DNA of 64,000 nt. Origin: Amoebidium appalachense (Eukaryota > Protista > Ichthyosporea). Under the pieces are notes generated by a model. The model was not told the DNA's origin and did no database searches. It worked only from the letters and a program-made list of their open reading frames with translations. A program made the position numbers and the translations under genes. Shown here piece after piece: positions 48,964-60,483 of this stretch (positions are counted from its first letter, which is position 1; every line of letters begins with the position of its first letter). The DNA is taken from positions 4,950,409-5,014,408 of the forward strand of contig CAVNZM010000012.1 of the NCBI GenBank assembly GCA_963693365.1, in the 5' to 3' direction.

Positions 48964-49195
48964 TTAATTAATTTACATGGCTCTATCATGAGTCATTACG
49001 TGCAGGGGTACGTATGCCGTGTTGCATCAGCACTGACTGGTGTTTGTATCTACGTAGCCTTTTGTTATGTATTCAGTACTAGTGCTGCATGGCCAAAATT
49101 ACATTGTACTGTACAGCCTCGCCACGCGTGTGAATTTAATTTATCGATACCATCGTCAACTCTATATATGCAAACTGTCCCCTCCTCCCCCCCTC

Positions 49196-49226
<31 letters not shown>

Positions 49227-49771
49227 AAAAAAAAAAAAAACCCCCGAGGAAAGGCACTCACAGAAAGCTAGGAAAACGACACCAAGACACTGTTCAGTCC
49301 GAAACGATCGTGCCAGCACAAGCGTCGATTTCAAATCTCTGCATACTTAAATATGTTCTTACAGCCAATCTCAAGTCAACCGCATGGTACACGTACACCT
49401 ACATATAATTGCTCAGTCTCGTAGCGGATTCCACCAACTCCTACCCCACAAAAAAAAAAAAAAAAAAAAAAAAAAACTGCAGCCGCACCATTACATTGGA
49501 AACCACTGATAACAGATCTACAATCCAGTTAGGGGCCACCACATATTCACCTCCCCTAACAACCATGACGCTAGGTCCCACCATAAAATTGGCCTCTATG
49601 CAAAAAAGTTAATGATCCCCCCAGCCCCCAACCCCACCCCTCCTCTAGGCCCTGAACGTGCGGGCATAACGGAAGAACAAAATCAAATCAAGAAGAGAGA
49701 GAAAACTAGAATGGTATCAACTCAGCTTGGCCTCCCCCCCCCCCCCCCCCCCCCCCCCGCGCTCCACCCAC

Positions 49772-49881
<110 letters not shown>

Positions 49882-50529
49882 TGTGTGTGTGTGTTCAAGC
49901 GTATGCACCGTGCGGTTGATAAACTTTGTGTGTGTGTGTGCTTCGCTCAAAGACATGCCGAGAAACAAAGAAGATCAGAGGGCACAAAGGAAGGAATCGG
50001 ACTCAAAATTAAGACATTGGGTCTATAATATGAGCACCCCAAGATAAGGACTCTATACGGACTATGATATGAAAGTCAGGACTAAGACATGAAATCCGCC
50101 GTAGGAAGTACCAACAACAGAAAACTCCGAGAACGATTCTCTCATATTATATTTAGAGAACCCCCCCCCCCCCCCCCAAAAAAAAAAAAAAAAAAAAAAA
50201 AAGAGAGAGAGAGAGAGAGGAAAAACTCCAAGGTCAATTATAAGATAAGTAAAAAACCAAGACATCCCTTCCCCACAATAACCATCTATCTGCATCTATC
50301 TGCGCGCAGGCACACACACTAAATCCCACACCCTTCAACCTAAACTCGTAGCCACTCCTCCGTCTCACCCCCCAATCATCATCGTGCCGAATCCACCGAG
50401 TTTGTTGCCACCACAGCACCGATACCTCATGGACCATGTGGGTGTGGTGGCTGCCTGCGCCTGTAAGGTGAATTGGGGATGGATGGGTGAATGAGTTGGA
50501 GGGGTGGGTAGGTGTGTGGATGGGTGGGG

Positions 50530-50826
50530 TGTGCATGTGCACGTGTGTGTGCACGTGTGTGTGTGTGTGTGTGTGCACGTGTGTGTGTGTGTGTGTGCAC
50601 GTGTGTGTGCACGTGTGTGTGTGTGTGTGTGCACGTGTGTGTGTGTGTGTGTGCACGTGTGTGTGTGTGTGTGTGTGCACGTGTGTGTGTGTGTGCACGT
50701 GTGTGTGTGTGTGTGTGCACGTGTGTGTGTGTGTGCACGTGTGTGTGTGTGTGTGTGCACGTGTGTGTGTGTGTGTGTGTGTGTGCACGTGTGTGTGTGT
50801 GTGTGTGCACGTGTGTGTGTGTGTGT

Positions 50827-50914
<88 letters not shown>

Positions 50915-50915
50915 A
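50530..50915. repeat. (GT)n array punctuated by GCAC
   Basis: GTGTGCACGTGTGT units; direct inspection. Confidence 0.9.
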
Positions 50916-52620
50916 TGTGTTGTTTGTACATCTGGAGTGCCTATATCTCTTTGGCGTGGACATCTGTTTCGGAAAAAAGTGGAGAGGATGGCGTGGGGGG
51001 GGGGGGGGGGGGGATGAGGGGAGCGGGGAAGGGGGGATAGGGAGAGGGGAGTTGTGGAGGGAGAGAATAAGGGGGGAAATGGGAAGGGCCGGGGCTAGGG
51101 GAGAGGGGAGTTGTGGGGGGAGAGAGAGAGATGTGTGGGAGAAAACCCGGGGGGGGGGGGGGGGGGGGGGGGGGGGAGGGGAGGTTGAGCGAGAGGGGGG
51201 AAGGGAGGCTTTCAGTATATATGGTTGTTGTAAGAGACAGAGAGAGAGAGAGAGACAGGGGGGCTGGGACGAGGGGCGGGGAGAGATAGATAAAGGGAGG
51301 CAGAGAGGGAGAGGAGAAGGAGAGAGGAGGGGAGTGGGGGGGCAGCGTGTGAAAGAGGGAGGGAGGGAGGGAAGAAGGAACTTGAGAAAGAGGGACTCAC
51401 ACACTCACACACACATACACAGAGAGAAAGTGTGTAGGTGCATATGAGCGTGAGGGATTGTGTGTGTGTGTGTGTATGTGTGTGTGGGGGGGTGTGAGAG
51501 GAGGCAGTTTTTGGGATGAACGTCGAGGGAGCGGGGGGAGGGGGGAGAGGGGGGGGAAGGCAAGAGGGGAGTGGTTGGGTAGTGATGTGAATAGGTACGT
51601 GTGTACTTGTAGTGTGTCTCCCCTGCTCTGCTCCTTATCAGCACGTAGTTTCTAAATATGGCAAATGTGCCTGCAGCATATGCTATTATTAGAAAGAGGA
51701 ACTGGACACATGCTCGTGTGTGAGAAAGTGTGGTGTAAAAAGTAGGTACATACTCTCGATAACACTTGTGTGCATACACATTCCTTGTAACACTCACACA
51801 TGTACATGAGAGAGATGAATGGAACATCGAATGTGTGTGTGTGTGTGTGTGTGTGTGGTATGTATGTATGTGTAACAATATGTGTGCTCCGTAGCCGAAG
51901 ATGGTGGGTGGGTGGATGGGTGGGTGGGAGAGGTGGGAGGGGGGGGGGGGGGGGGGGGTCCATACCGTTGCCTAGCCTTGGAGGCCCGTCTCCGTATGGC
52001 ATCTATCAGCTCTTCCATCCTTTCCGCTTGCTCTTCTGTCTCGTCGTACTCATCATCATCTTCGCAAACAACAGACTCGAGCGTGATATTGGGACGCGTC
52101 GCAAGGGCGGTAAGGTCGGTATTTGGTCATTCACGCACCACTAGGCGGGAGAGGTTCGGGTGGCCCCTTAAGGAGTCCACATGGCATAATGACTCCACTG
52201 GCAGGCCCTCCAAATGGAGCGATTTAAGGCCACTTGCGCCCGCCAATGCGCTGGTGTCGACCAAATTTCGGCAATGGCTTATCTCTACAGTATGTAACAT
52301 TGGTGCGCGCACGGGCGAATCGGCGAGAGTGGCTAGGTTATCTATGTTGATCTTACACAGCCTCTGACCGGAAACCGACGAAAGCCGCAGGTCGCCTACG
52401 GAAGGCAGGACCTGGACGGTCTCCGCGTGGAGTATCGAACAGTTGATAAAGCTGAGGTATAGCAAATTGTTGCACTCTGCAAGTCCGTCGACATCGCGCA
52501 ACACCGCGCAGTTTTTGAAACTCGCGCTACGCATGTGCCTATGCGAGGACACTGCTGAAATCTGAGTGATTTCGTTGCTGTCGTCGATGGATAGGTCACG
52601 AAGCAGCGGCACGAAATCCA

Positions 52621-52897
52621 TGTACGTTTCATATGCGCAGCAGATGAAAGATGTTTCACGGATCACTTCGGGCGCAGGCAGCCGGGCGGCCCATGACGTC
52701 ACGGGCCGCGGCGCCAGGCGCAGCCGCAGCGGCGGCTGACATCGGTCTGGCGCAGCGCCTGACGTCAGGCGCCACCAGCGCCGGTATTTCCGGCGCAGCA
52801 CACTGCAGATGCAGGCCACCTTCGTTTTCGCCGTGTGCTGCACGTACGGTTTTTTGTTAGCACGATTGCGTTTTCGGTGGCTAGCACACGGCGGCTC
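52621..52897 (+). repeat. Split direct repeat A1 (277 bp)
   Basis: Appears identical to 57787-58063. Confidence 0.95.
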
Positions 52898-52901
52898 AAG
52901 T

Positions 52902-52974
52902 ATGGAAGTAGACCCAACAGACAATGGCCCTGCAGCACAGGCAGGGCAGGAGGCGCGCCCTCCTGTGCAGGACG

Positions 52975-53009
<35 letters not shown>

Positions 53010-54104
53010 GAGCAGCAGCAGCAGCAGCAGCCTATTGCCCTGACCCCTGAGCTGGCAGCGACCATTCGCATGTTTGCTTCTGAGGTGGCCAACGCGACCC
53101 GTCAGGCCCTGCAGGCCAGCCCGGCCCCCCCTTCCCAGCAAGATCTTCTCCTGCGCGCCTTCCCCCACCTCGTCAACCTTGGCGGGGGCGGAACCGGTAG
53201 GAACCCCCCTGTCACGGGGCCCCCTGCCGCTGCGGCGGGGGCCGTGGATGCTGTAGAGCAACCCCCCGGCAACGCCAACAAGCGCCCCCGTGAGGAGGAC
53301 CCTCAGGGCGGCGACATGCACCAGCTGCCTCCGCCGCCCAATGCCCTGCAACTGGCCGTTTGGGGGGCCAGCCAGCGCAGCCAGTCGAACCCACCCTGCC
53401 CCCACCTGTCCCCGGAGGTCCGGGGGGCTGCCATCTTCGAGCCTATGCAGCATTTCGCTTTACTCGACCTGCTGCCGCCCACGGGCTCTTCTGTCCACAC
53501 GCAGCGCCAGCCGGTTTCCCTGCCTGGCCTGCCTGCTGGCACGGTTGTGCTGCAGACGCCTGGCACCCAGCGCCAGCCCGCCCTGTGCCCGGACCTGCCG
53601 CAGACCTACCTGCGCTGCATCTTGCAGCTGCTACGCCTACGCATCAACGCCAACGCCCCCGTCACGGCCCTGCTGGCCCACGCCGAGTTTGTGGCCACTG
53701 AGTTGGCACCCGCCGGCGAGTACCAGTGGGCTGCCATCATGCGCTGGGAGGATGCACACCGCCGGTCGTGCGCTGCCTCTGGCCGCCCACTCGACGCACC
53801 CGACGCTGTGCAGCTGGCCGTGTCCCTGTCTGGTGCCCGCCTGCACCAGGCACCCACCGCTCCCCGCACACCCCGGCAGCCTGCCTCTGGGGGGGCCACA
53901 GCCAGCCCTCGCGCCAGCCCGGCCCCTGCTGCGGATGAGATATGCCGGGGCTTCAACATGGCCAAGGGCTGCACCAGGAAGGGACCCAACCCTTGCCGCT
54001 ACAAGCACGCCTGCCTGAAGTGCGGCTCAGCGGCGCACGGCGCACACGCCTGCCCTCCCAACCCAGCCAACGGGGCGGGGGAAGGGGGGGCCAACCCGGC
54101 TTAG
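52902..54104 (+). CDS. Gag-like ORF1 with poly-Q and C-terminal zinc finger(s)
   Basis: The ATG lies just after A1; EICRGFN..GC..CRYKHACLKC..H...C is typical of DIRS/Ngaro Gag. Confidence 0.88.
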
Positions 54105-55828
54105 GGGGCCCAGCCCCCTTTCGGGCAGGGGCTGACGTCAGCGCTGGGCCTGCCCTCAGGCTCTCCGTTGCCCTGCGGGGCCCATGGTCACCCCCCCCAG
54201 CGGCACCACCACAGACCGTATCTGTCCCCAACTTCCGCCGTTTGTTTGAGTTGTTTCCGCACCCCGACAGTGCGTTTCAGCAGGCTCTGCTCCGCGACTT
54301 AGAGCTGGGCTTCTCGGTCGGTTACTTCGGCGAGCGGGTCACCCGGGTGGGCCGAAACCACCCGTCCGCGCTGGCGGCCCGTGAGCAGCTTGCAGCCGAC
54401 ATTGCGAAGGAAGTGGCATGCGGCCACATCCTGGGCCCCTTCACCCGCGACGAGATGGTGGCCCTTTATCCTTATTTTGTATCCGCGCCCCTCGGGGCAG
54501 TTCCCAAAAAGGGCGGCACGGGCGTCCGCCGCATCCACGACCTTTCCTTCCCGCGTGGCTCCAGTATCAACGATGGGGTCGATTACCCGGATCAGCTGGA
54601 GTACATCACCATCCGCACGGTGATGCAAACAGTAGCTCGGCTCGGCCAGGGCTGCTTCCTCGGGGCATACGACGTGAAGGGTGCCTTTCGTCACGGCCCG
54701 GTGCACCCAGACGACCAGCCACTGCTGTCGTTCCAGCTGCTAGGCGCGTTCTATGTGGAGACCCGCCTACCGTTTGGCTTGCGGTCCAGCCCAGCGTTCT
54801 GGGAACGCATAGCTCAGGCCCTGCAGCACTTCGCCCACGCCCTCAACGCCACAGAGACACAGCATTTTGTGGACGACTTCCTTTTCGGCGGCCGTACGCT
54901 GCAAGAGTGCGCCTTCAACATGCTGGTGTTTCGGTGGGTGTGCTCGAAGGTGGGTGTTACGCTTGCCGACGACAAAGTGCAGCTGCCCTCACACACGCTC
55001 ATCTACTCTGGGCTCGAGTGGGACACTCTGCGCATGGAGGCCCGCTTACCTGCCGTCAAGCTGACCGAGCTCCGGGCCCTGCTAGCCGATTGGCGGGGTC
55101 GCACCAAGGCCACTGTTCGAGACCTACGGTCCCTGTGCGGCAAGCTCATGTGGTGTGCTCAGGTTGTGGCGCTGGGGCGTGCCCGTGCCTTTCTTCAACG
55201 CTTGCTTCATCTGCTGGCGGAGGCTGAGAGGGCCGGCCTAGGGCCCCACCACCACATCCGTGTCTGCGCCGACGCACGAGCCGACGTTGTGCTGTGGTCG
55301 GAGTTCCTCCCCGAGTGGAACGGCATACGTGTGCTTACCCCCCCCGTGCATCACATGTTCACCACAGATGCGGCCGGCAGCATAGGATGCGGTGGCTACT
55401 GGGGTCAAGCGTGGTTTCACCTAGCATGGACGGACCATTGGCGCACGGTCATTGCTGGCGGAGATGTGTGGGCTTCCGTGCTGTTTGAGCTGGCTGGCAT
55501 TGCCGTGGCCCTGGCCTGTTGGGGTCCCAGCTGTCGCAACAGCCACATACGCGTGCTCACCGATAACGACGGTGCAGTATCTACGATCGCGTCCCGTCAC
55601 TCCCCCGTCCCTGCCATTGTCCGGGTGCTGCGTCTCATCACGCTGATGGAAATGCGCTACACGGTGCTGGTCTCGGCCAAGCACATCCCTGGCGTGGAAA
55701 ACTCGATTGCGGATGCCATCTCGCGGGCACAGTGGGCCACTTTCGACCGGCTGCACCCGTGGCACGCACCAGTCCCAACACCCGTGCCTGAGTGGCTAGC
55801 GGGGTGGTTTGCTGCCCCTCTCTCGTGA
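53942..55828 (+). CDS. Reverse transcriptase / RNase H (ORF2)
   Basis: RT motifs PLGAVPK, RRIHDLS, YDVKGAF, LPFGLRSSP, FVDDF; RNase H motifs TDAAG, FELAGI, TDN, HIPGVENSIADAISR. Confidence 0.96.
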   Translation: MPGLQHGQGLHQEGTQPLPLQARLPEVRLSGARRTRLPSQPSQRGGGRGGQPGLGGPAPFRAGADVSAGPALRLSVALRGPWSPPPAAPPQTVSVPNFRRLFELFPHPDSAFQQALLRDLELGFSVGYFGERVTRVGRNHPSALAAREQLAADIAKEVACGHILGPFTRDEMVALYPYFVSAPLGAVPKKGGTGVRRIHDLSFPRGSSINDGVDYPDQLEYITIRTVMQTVARLGQGCFLGAYDVKGAFRHGPVHPDDQPLLSFQLLGAFYVETRLPFGLRSSPAFWERIAQALQHFAHALNATETQHFVDDFLFGGRTLQECAFNMLVFRWVCSKVGVTLADDKVQLPSHTLIYSGLEWDTLRMEARLPAVKLTELRALLADWRGRTKATVRDLRSLCGKLMWCAQVVALGRARAFLQRLLHLLAEAERAGLGPHHHIRVCADARADVVLWSEFLPEWNGIRVLTPPVHHMFTTDAAGSIGCGGYWGQAWFHLAWTDHWRTVIAGGDVWASVLFELAGIAVALACWGPSCRNSHIRVLTDNDGAVSTIASRHSPVPAIVRVLRLITLMEMRYTVLVSAKHIPGVENSIADAISRAQWATFDRLHPWHAPVPTPVPEWLAGWFAAPLS

Positions 55829-56118
55829 TGGGGCTGGGCCGAGCCCCCTCCCCTGTTCCTTTGCCTTCGTATTGGGCTTGGCGTGTGGGCTGTGGGGGGC
55901 ACCGACACCCCCCCTTCCCCCTTCCCACTTTGTATATCGCACGATTCATGTTCTGCAGTGGCGGCCGGGGCCGGCCCCCCCCCACTACACGAATTCGCTC
56001 GGATTCCCCCACTCACCCGGTGGAGTGTTTGGGACAATACATTACGGTCTTACGGTGTACACACGGTGTGCCTCTTTGTTCTATGCTGGCCCGCAGTGCC
56101 AACTGCTTGTGGCGTGTC

Positions 56119-56152
<34 letters not shown>

Positions 56153-56521
56153 TTCCCTCCCCCAACCCCCCCCAACCCCACCCTGCCACCCCTCCACCCG
56201 CCCCTTCGATCGTGCATGCTTAACCTCGGTGTTACACACACATGCTCATACACACCCACACACTAGCGCACACACACGCACGCCTACACCGCGGCTTGTG
56301 CGCGCATACCCCCCCCCTCCCCTTCCCCCGCCCTCCCTGCCAGCGCTGCATGCATCCTCTGCCCTTTAGCTACGCCCCCCCCCCCCCCCCCCCCTCCCCC
56401 CCCCTTGTTTGCCTGCCTGTGCACCCGCTTGCCTGCCGCCCACCCCGCTCGTTGCCTTTACCCCCCCCCCCCCCCCTGGGACTCTAGGCATGATGCTCAC
56501 ACAGCTCAGCTGTCCCTGCAG

Positions 56522-57642
56522 GTGGCTTGCTCCCCTTTGGTGGCGACCATGGTAGGCTTGCCCAGTGGTTCACCCCCGAGGTTTTGGCCCGTGTCCCGGA
56601 GGTGGCCCGCACCATCACTCGGCGGCTGTCAGTGGGTGACAGCACGGAGTCCTCCTACTCGTCCTACCAGCGCCAGTTTATCGACTTCATCTACGCAATG
56701 GACTGCCGCAATCCTGATGGTGGCTACCTGCCAGCCTGCCCAGCCCAAGTGCAGCTGTTCCTTGCCTGGTGCGCCATGCGTGCGGTGCAAGCCCGGACCA
56801 TGCCCAGCATCGTCTCCGCCGTCAACAGCCTGCACCGCAGCTTGGGCATGGCACCACCAGCGGGCTCCGGCCAGCAGAGCCTTCAGTGGTTTATCCGCGG
56901 GGCTGGCCGCTTCCTGCTGCTGGAAGGCAGCCACCGGCCCAAACGAGTGCTCGAGCCCCTCCTCCCAGCCGACCTCCGCGCCCTCCTCCCAGTCATCCAA
57001 CCGGGCTCTTCATTGGAGGCCCTGCGTCTGTGGGCTGCCCTGCTGCTTGGCAGCTCGTGCCTCCTGCGCTCGGGCGAGTTCACGTCCAAATCTGCGGCCA
57101 AGTTCAACCCCCTCCTTCACGCCATGCGTCGCGACGTCCAGCTCCTATGGCAGGATGGCCGCCTGATTGGGGCAACAGTCTTCCTGCCGACGTCTAAGAC
57201 CGACCCCACGGGCAAGGGTGTTACCATCCGGGTGCCCGCCTTCCCGGAGGAGCCTTCCTTCTGCCCAGCAGCCAATCTAGCCCTCTTCCTGGGGGTCTCG
57301 TCAACCAGGGCAGGCATCCACCCAGATGCACCCCTGTTCAGCGTCGACGGCAGCCCTTACCTCAAGAGCACCTTCATCGCCGGTTTCCGCACAGCTCTAC
57401 ACCAGGCGGGCTACGACCCCGACCGGTACGCCGGCCACAGCCTGCGCATAGGGGGGGCCACTGCAGCTGAGAGAGCGGGCCTACCTGACGCCACCATCAA
57501 AGCCCTTGGCCGCTGGGCATCAGACGCATTCATGGTCTACATCCGGCTGCCCCACCGCGACGTGCAAGCCTCCATTGCCACCGTCTGGTCACACCAGGGC
57601 CTCGCCACGGGACCTTGGGGCGGACCCCCTACATCGCAGTAG
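56522..57642 (+). CDS. Tyrosine recombinase (ORF3); start probably supplied by splicing
   Basis: Catalytic set LRSGE (R), SKTD (K), HSLR (H-x-x-R), GRW and VYIR (Y); CCCTGCAG acceptor ends at 56521. Confidence 0.95.
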
Positions 57643-57652
57643 GGGGGCCTTG

Positions 57653-57786
57653 TGGTGCGGGGGGGGGCTCATGGCATGGACCCCCCCTGGCGGCCCCCGC
57701 CTCGGCCAGCCCCTTGGGTGCAGGCACGACGGCCTGCACTCCACGGACACGGGGGGCATGAGGCAAGCACGAGTGAGTGATGTGAA
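57653..57786 (+). repeat. Split direct repeat B1
   Basis: Matches 58178-58310 apart from G-run length. Confidence 0.95.
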
Positions 57787-58063
57787 TGTACGTTTCATAT
57801 GCGCAGCAGATGAAAGATGTTTCACGGATCACTTCGGGCGCAGGCAGCCGGGCGGCCCATGACGTCACGGGCCGCGGCGCCAGGCGCAGCCGCAGCGGCG
57901 GCTGACATCGGTCTGGCGCAGCGCCTGACGTCAGGCGCCACCAGCGCCGGTATTTCCGGCGCAGCACACTGCAGATGCAGGCCACCTTCGTTTTCGCCGT
58001 GTGCTGCACGTACGGTTTTTTGTTAGCACGATTGCGTTTTCGGTGGCTAGCACACGGCGGCTC
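57787..58063 (+). repeat. Split direct repeat A2
   Basis: Matches A1 and directly abuts B1 (GTGAA|TGTAC). Confidence 0.95.
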
Positions 58064-58143
58064 CCACCCACCCACCTCTAAGTCTGTATACATGACGGTG
58101 TACGTATGCGACTGTGACTGGCTCACAGCCCGATTGCAGCGGC

Positions 58144-58149
58144 AATAAA
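58144..58149 (+). promoter_or_regulatory. Candidate polyadenylation signal of the retrotransposon
   Basis: AATAAA in the A2-B2 spacer, about 30 nt before B2. Confidence 0.5.
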
Positions 58150-58177
58150 GCATGTCGAGGCGGGGCCCAGCCCCGGC

Positions 58178-58310
58178 TGGTGCGGGGGGGGCTCATGGCA
58201 TGGACCCCCCCTGGCGGCCCCCGCCTCGGCCAGCCCCTTGGGTGCAGGCACGACGGCCTGCACTCCACGGACACGGGGGGCATGAGGCAAGCACGAGTGA
58301 GTGATGTGAA
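58178..58310 (+). repeat. Split direct repeat B2 (133 bp)
   Basis: Matches B1 and marks the 3' end of the element. Confidence 0.95.
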
Positions 58311-60078
58311 ACACGATCGCGATATCAGTCCCCGGCGACCCGTCGTCGGCCGAAACGCGGCAGTTGTTTAAGTTGAGCGAGGTGAGGGCGGCAAACTGGG
58401 CTAGCCAGCCGACGGGAAAAGTGATGTTGCGAAAGTAGAGGCATCTCATCGTCTGGGCTGGTTTACTGCACATGTCCAGTGGCGCCGCGTAAAGCGCCCA
58501 GGGTTGGGAAAGGCGGGATATCCCTCCAATCCCAATGGAATGCGACTCCTATTGCTCTCTTTTGAATTCCGGGAACCGCCCGGGGATCCCGGAACAACCG
58601 ATGGAAATTTTGCGCAAAGTCCGGCACGGTTCGATCCCGATACATCCAACTCTCCGTGGAGCTGACCCGTGAGCTCCTTCAAATTAGGAAGGTACGGCAC
58701 CACTACCAGGCCTTCGCTTTCGTCGTGCGAGGTTATCTCCAAGCGTTTCAGGGTTTCCCACCCCGCTAGCACGCCAAAGTCGATTTTCTGAGAACGATGA
58801 CGTACGCCGTTAATGAGGTTGGTAACCTCCTGCACGTTCCGGAACAATCGGGGTATCGCCGGCAATTTCTTCATGTCGCCCTTGTCAGTTTGTAGAATGA
58901 ACGTGAATTTCTTCAAATTCGGGTTGCCCTGCGCCAGCGAGGATTGGCCCGAACCGGATATGAAAGGAAGGAAGGGAGTGTTCACGCGAAGACTTTCCAA
59001 AACGGGGCACCTGGCCAACACCGCCCGCAAAATCTCCGTTAACGTCGACGTATCGTCCCCGTCGTAAGCCCTGTCAAGTTTGAAGGATTTTAGTCTGCCC
59101 CCGACTGATCCGAGCACAAAAAACAAGAACATTAAAAATATCCTCTTCGCCTTCGGTGTCGGACCCTTCCTCTGTCTGCAAAACTTATACCGTGTGCACG
59201 TTAGCGAGATCGGCGAGGTGCCGACAGAACTGCATTGCACGGTTTCTCTGCTCCTCGTTCTCCCAATCACAGCCCATATCCTCTGGCAACGCGAATTTAA
59301 CTACCCCGATTGCCGCGTGCCACGGCTTCATATCGCTCAAACTACACACCACAAACTCGTCCCCCTCCTGAGACCATTCGTCGCCCTCTCCACAGTCCTC
59401 CCATTCGTTTTCCGATTCGTTCTCCGGTACGTTGTCCGGTTCGTTTTCCGAATCACTTTCGCCCGTTTCAGAACGCAAACGGTGTGTTTTGATCCCCGGT
59501 AGTCCGAAAGCGGATATTTCGATTAGGCCTGCCTGGGGGGACCGTGCCAGAGCGCAGCATCGACGAGACACGAGGGAAAACGACAGGCGGCTGGCAAGTG
59601 GCAAATAGCGCACTATTTTGAAGAGAATCTCGTCGGGGAGGCGGAGCAGAGGGCCATCTGTGTGTGTGCAAAGGGTTAATAGTGTGTGAGAGGCAACGGT
59701 CAGAGACCCATGGTCTTGGCAGCTGGAGAATGCGGATCATGCAAAGGCTGAGCAAGCAGCACACATATGGACGAACAGATGGAAAAGTGTATGCACGGGT
59801 ATACGCACACATAGACACACAGACCTGCACACGGATTCAGAAATAAGCAATTTTTTTTTTTCTTTCCCCCCTCAGAAAACAAAACAAAGGGAAAGGAAAA
59901 AAAAAAATAAAAATAAAAAAAAAATAAAAAAAAAGGCGCCGACGAAAGCACCTACCCAAGGAATCAAATCAAATACATTGCCCATGCCGGCACACAAGTG
60001 TAAAGAGTGACTCCACACTCGGGTACAGCCACATAAGTGCATCACGGCCCACCCCTCGCGTATGTACACACACACACA

Positions 60079-60139
<61 letters not shown>

Positions 60140-60367
60140 CTGCACACACACACGGTAATGCGCAAAAACAGTTAGAGCTGAAAAAAGCCAACAGAGGGCG
60201 ATAAGGTAGGCCCCTGCGTGAATGAGTTGTGATGTTTGCATGCCAGGGTGCCCCAGCCCGTATATTTACATTGATTGTGTGCACATTACAAGAATACATT
60301 GTGTATACTACGTAGCTCTACGGTATACGGTATAGAACGTGTGCACGCTTCTGTCATGGTGCATGAA

Positions 60368-60483
<116 letters not shown>

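Larger units (their letters stand above)
52621..58310 (+). mobile_element. Ngaro-type (DIRS order) tyrosine-recombinase retrotransposon, full length
   Basis: Split direct repeats arranged A1-gag-RT/RH-YR-B1-A2-B2; no methyltransferase domain seen and no TSD. Confidence 0.95.
51966..59613 (-). pseudogene. Leucine-rich repeat (Cys-containing, F-box/LRR-like) gene disrupted by a retrotransposon
   Basis: LRR units (RCPVLESLRV, NPNLKKFTF, LPNLKEL, FAALTSLNLNNC, LLYLSFINC, MLHTVEISHCRNL, LKSLHLEGL) occur on both sides of the 52621-58310 insertion. There are apparent frameshifts at ~58480-58600 and an in-frame TGA at 52127-52129. The ends are approximate. Confidence 0.7.
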
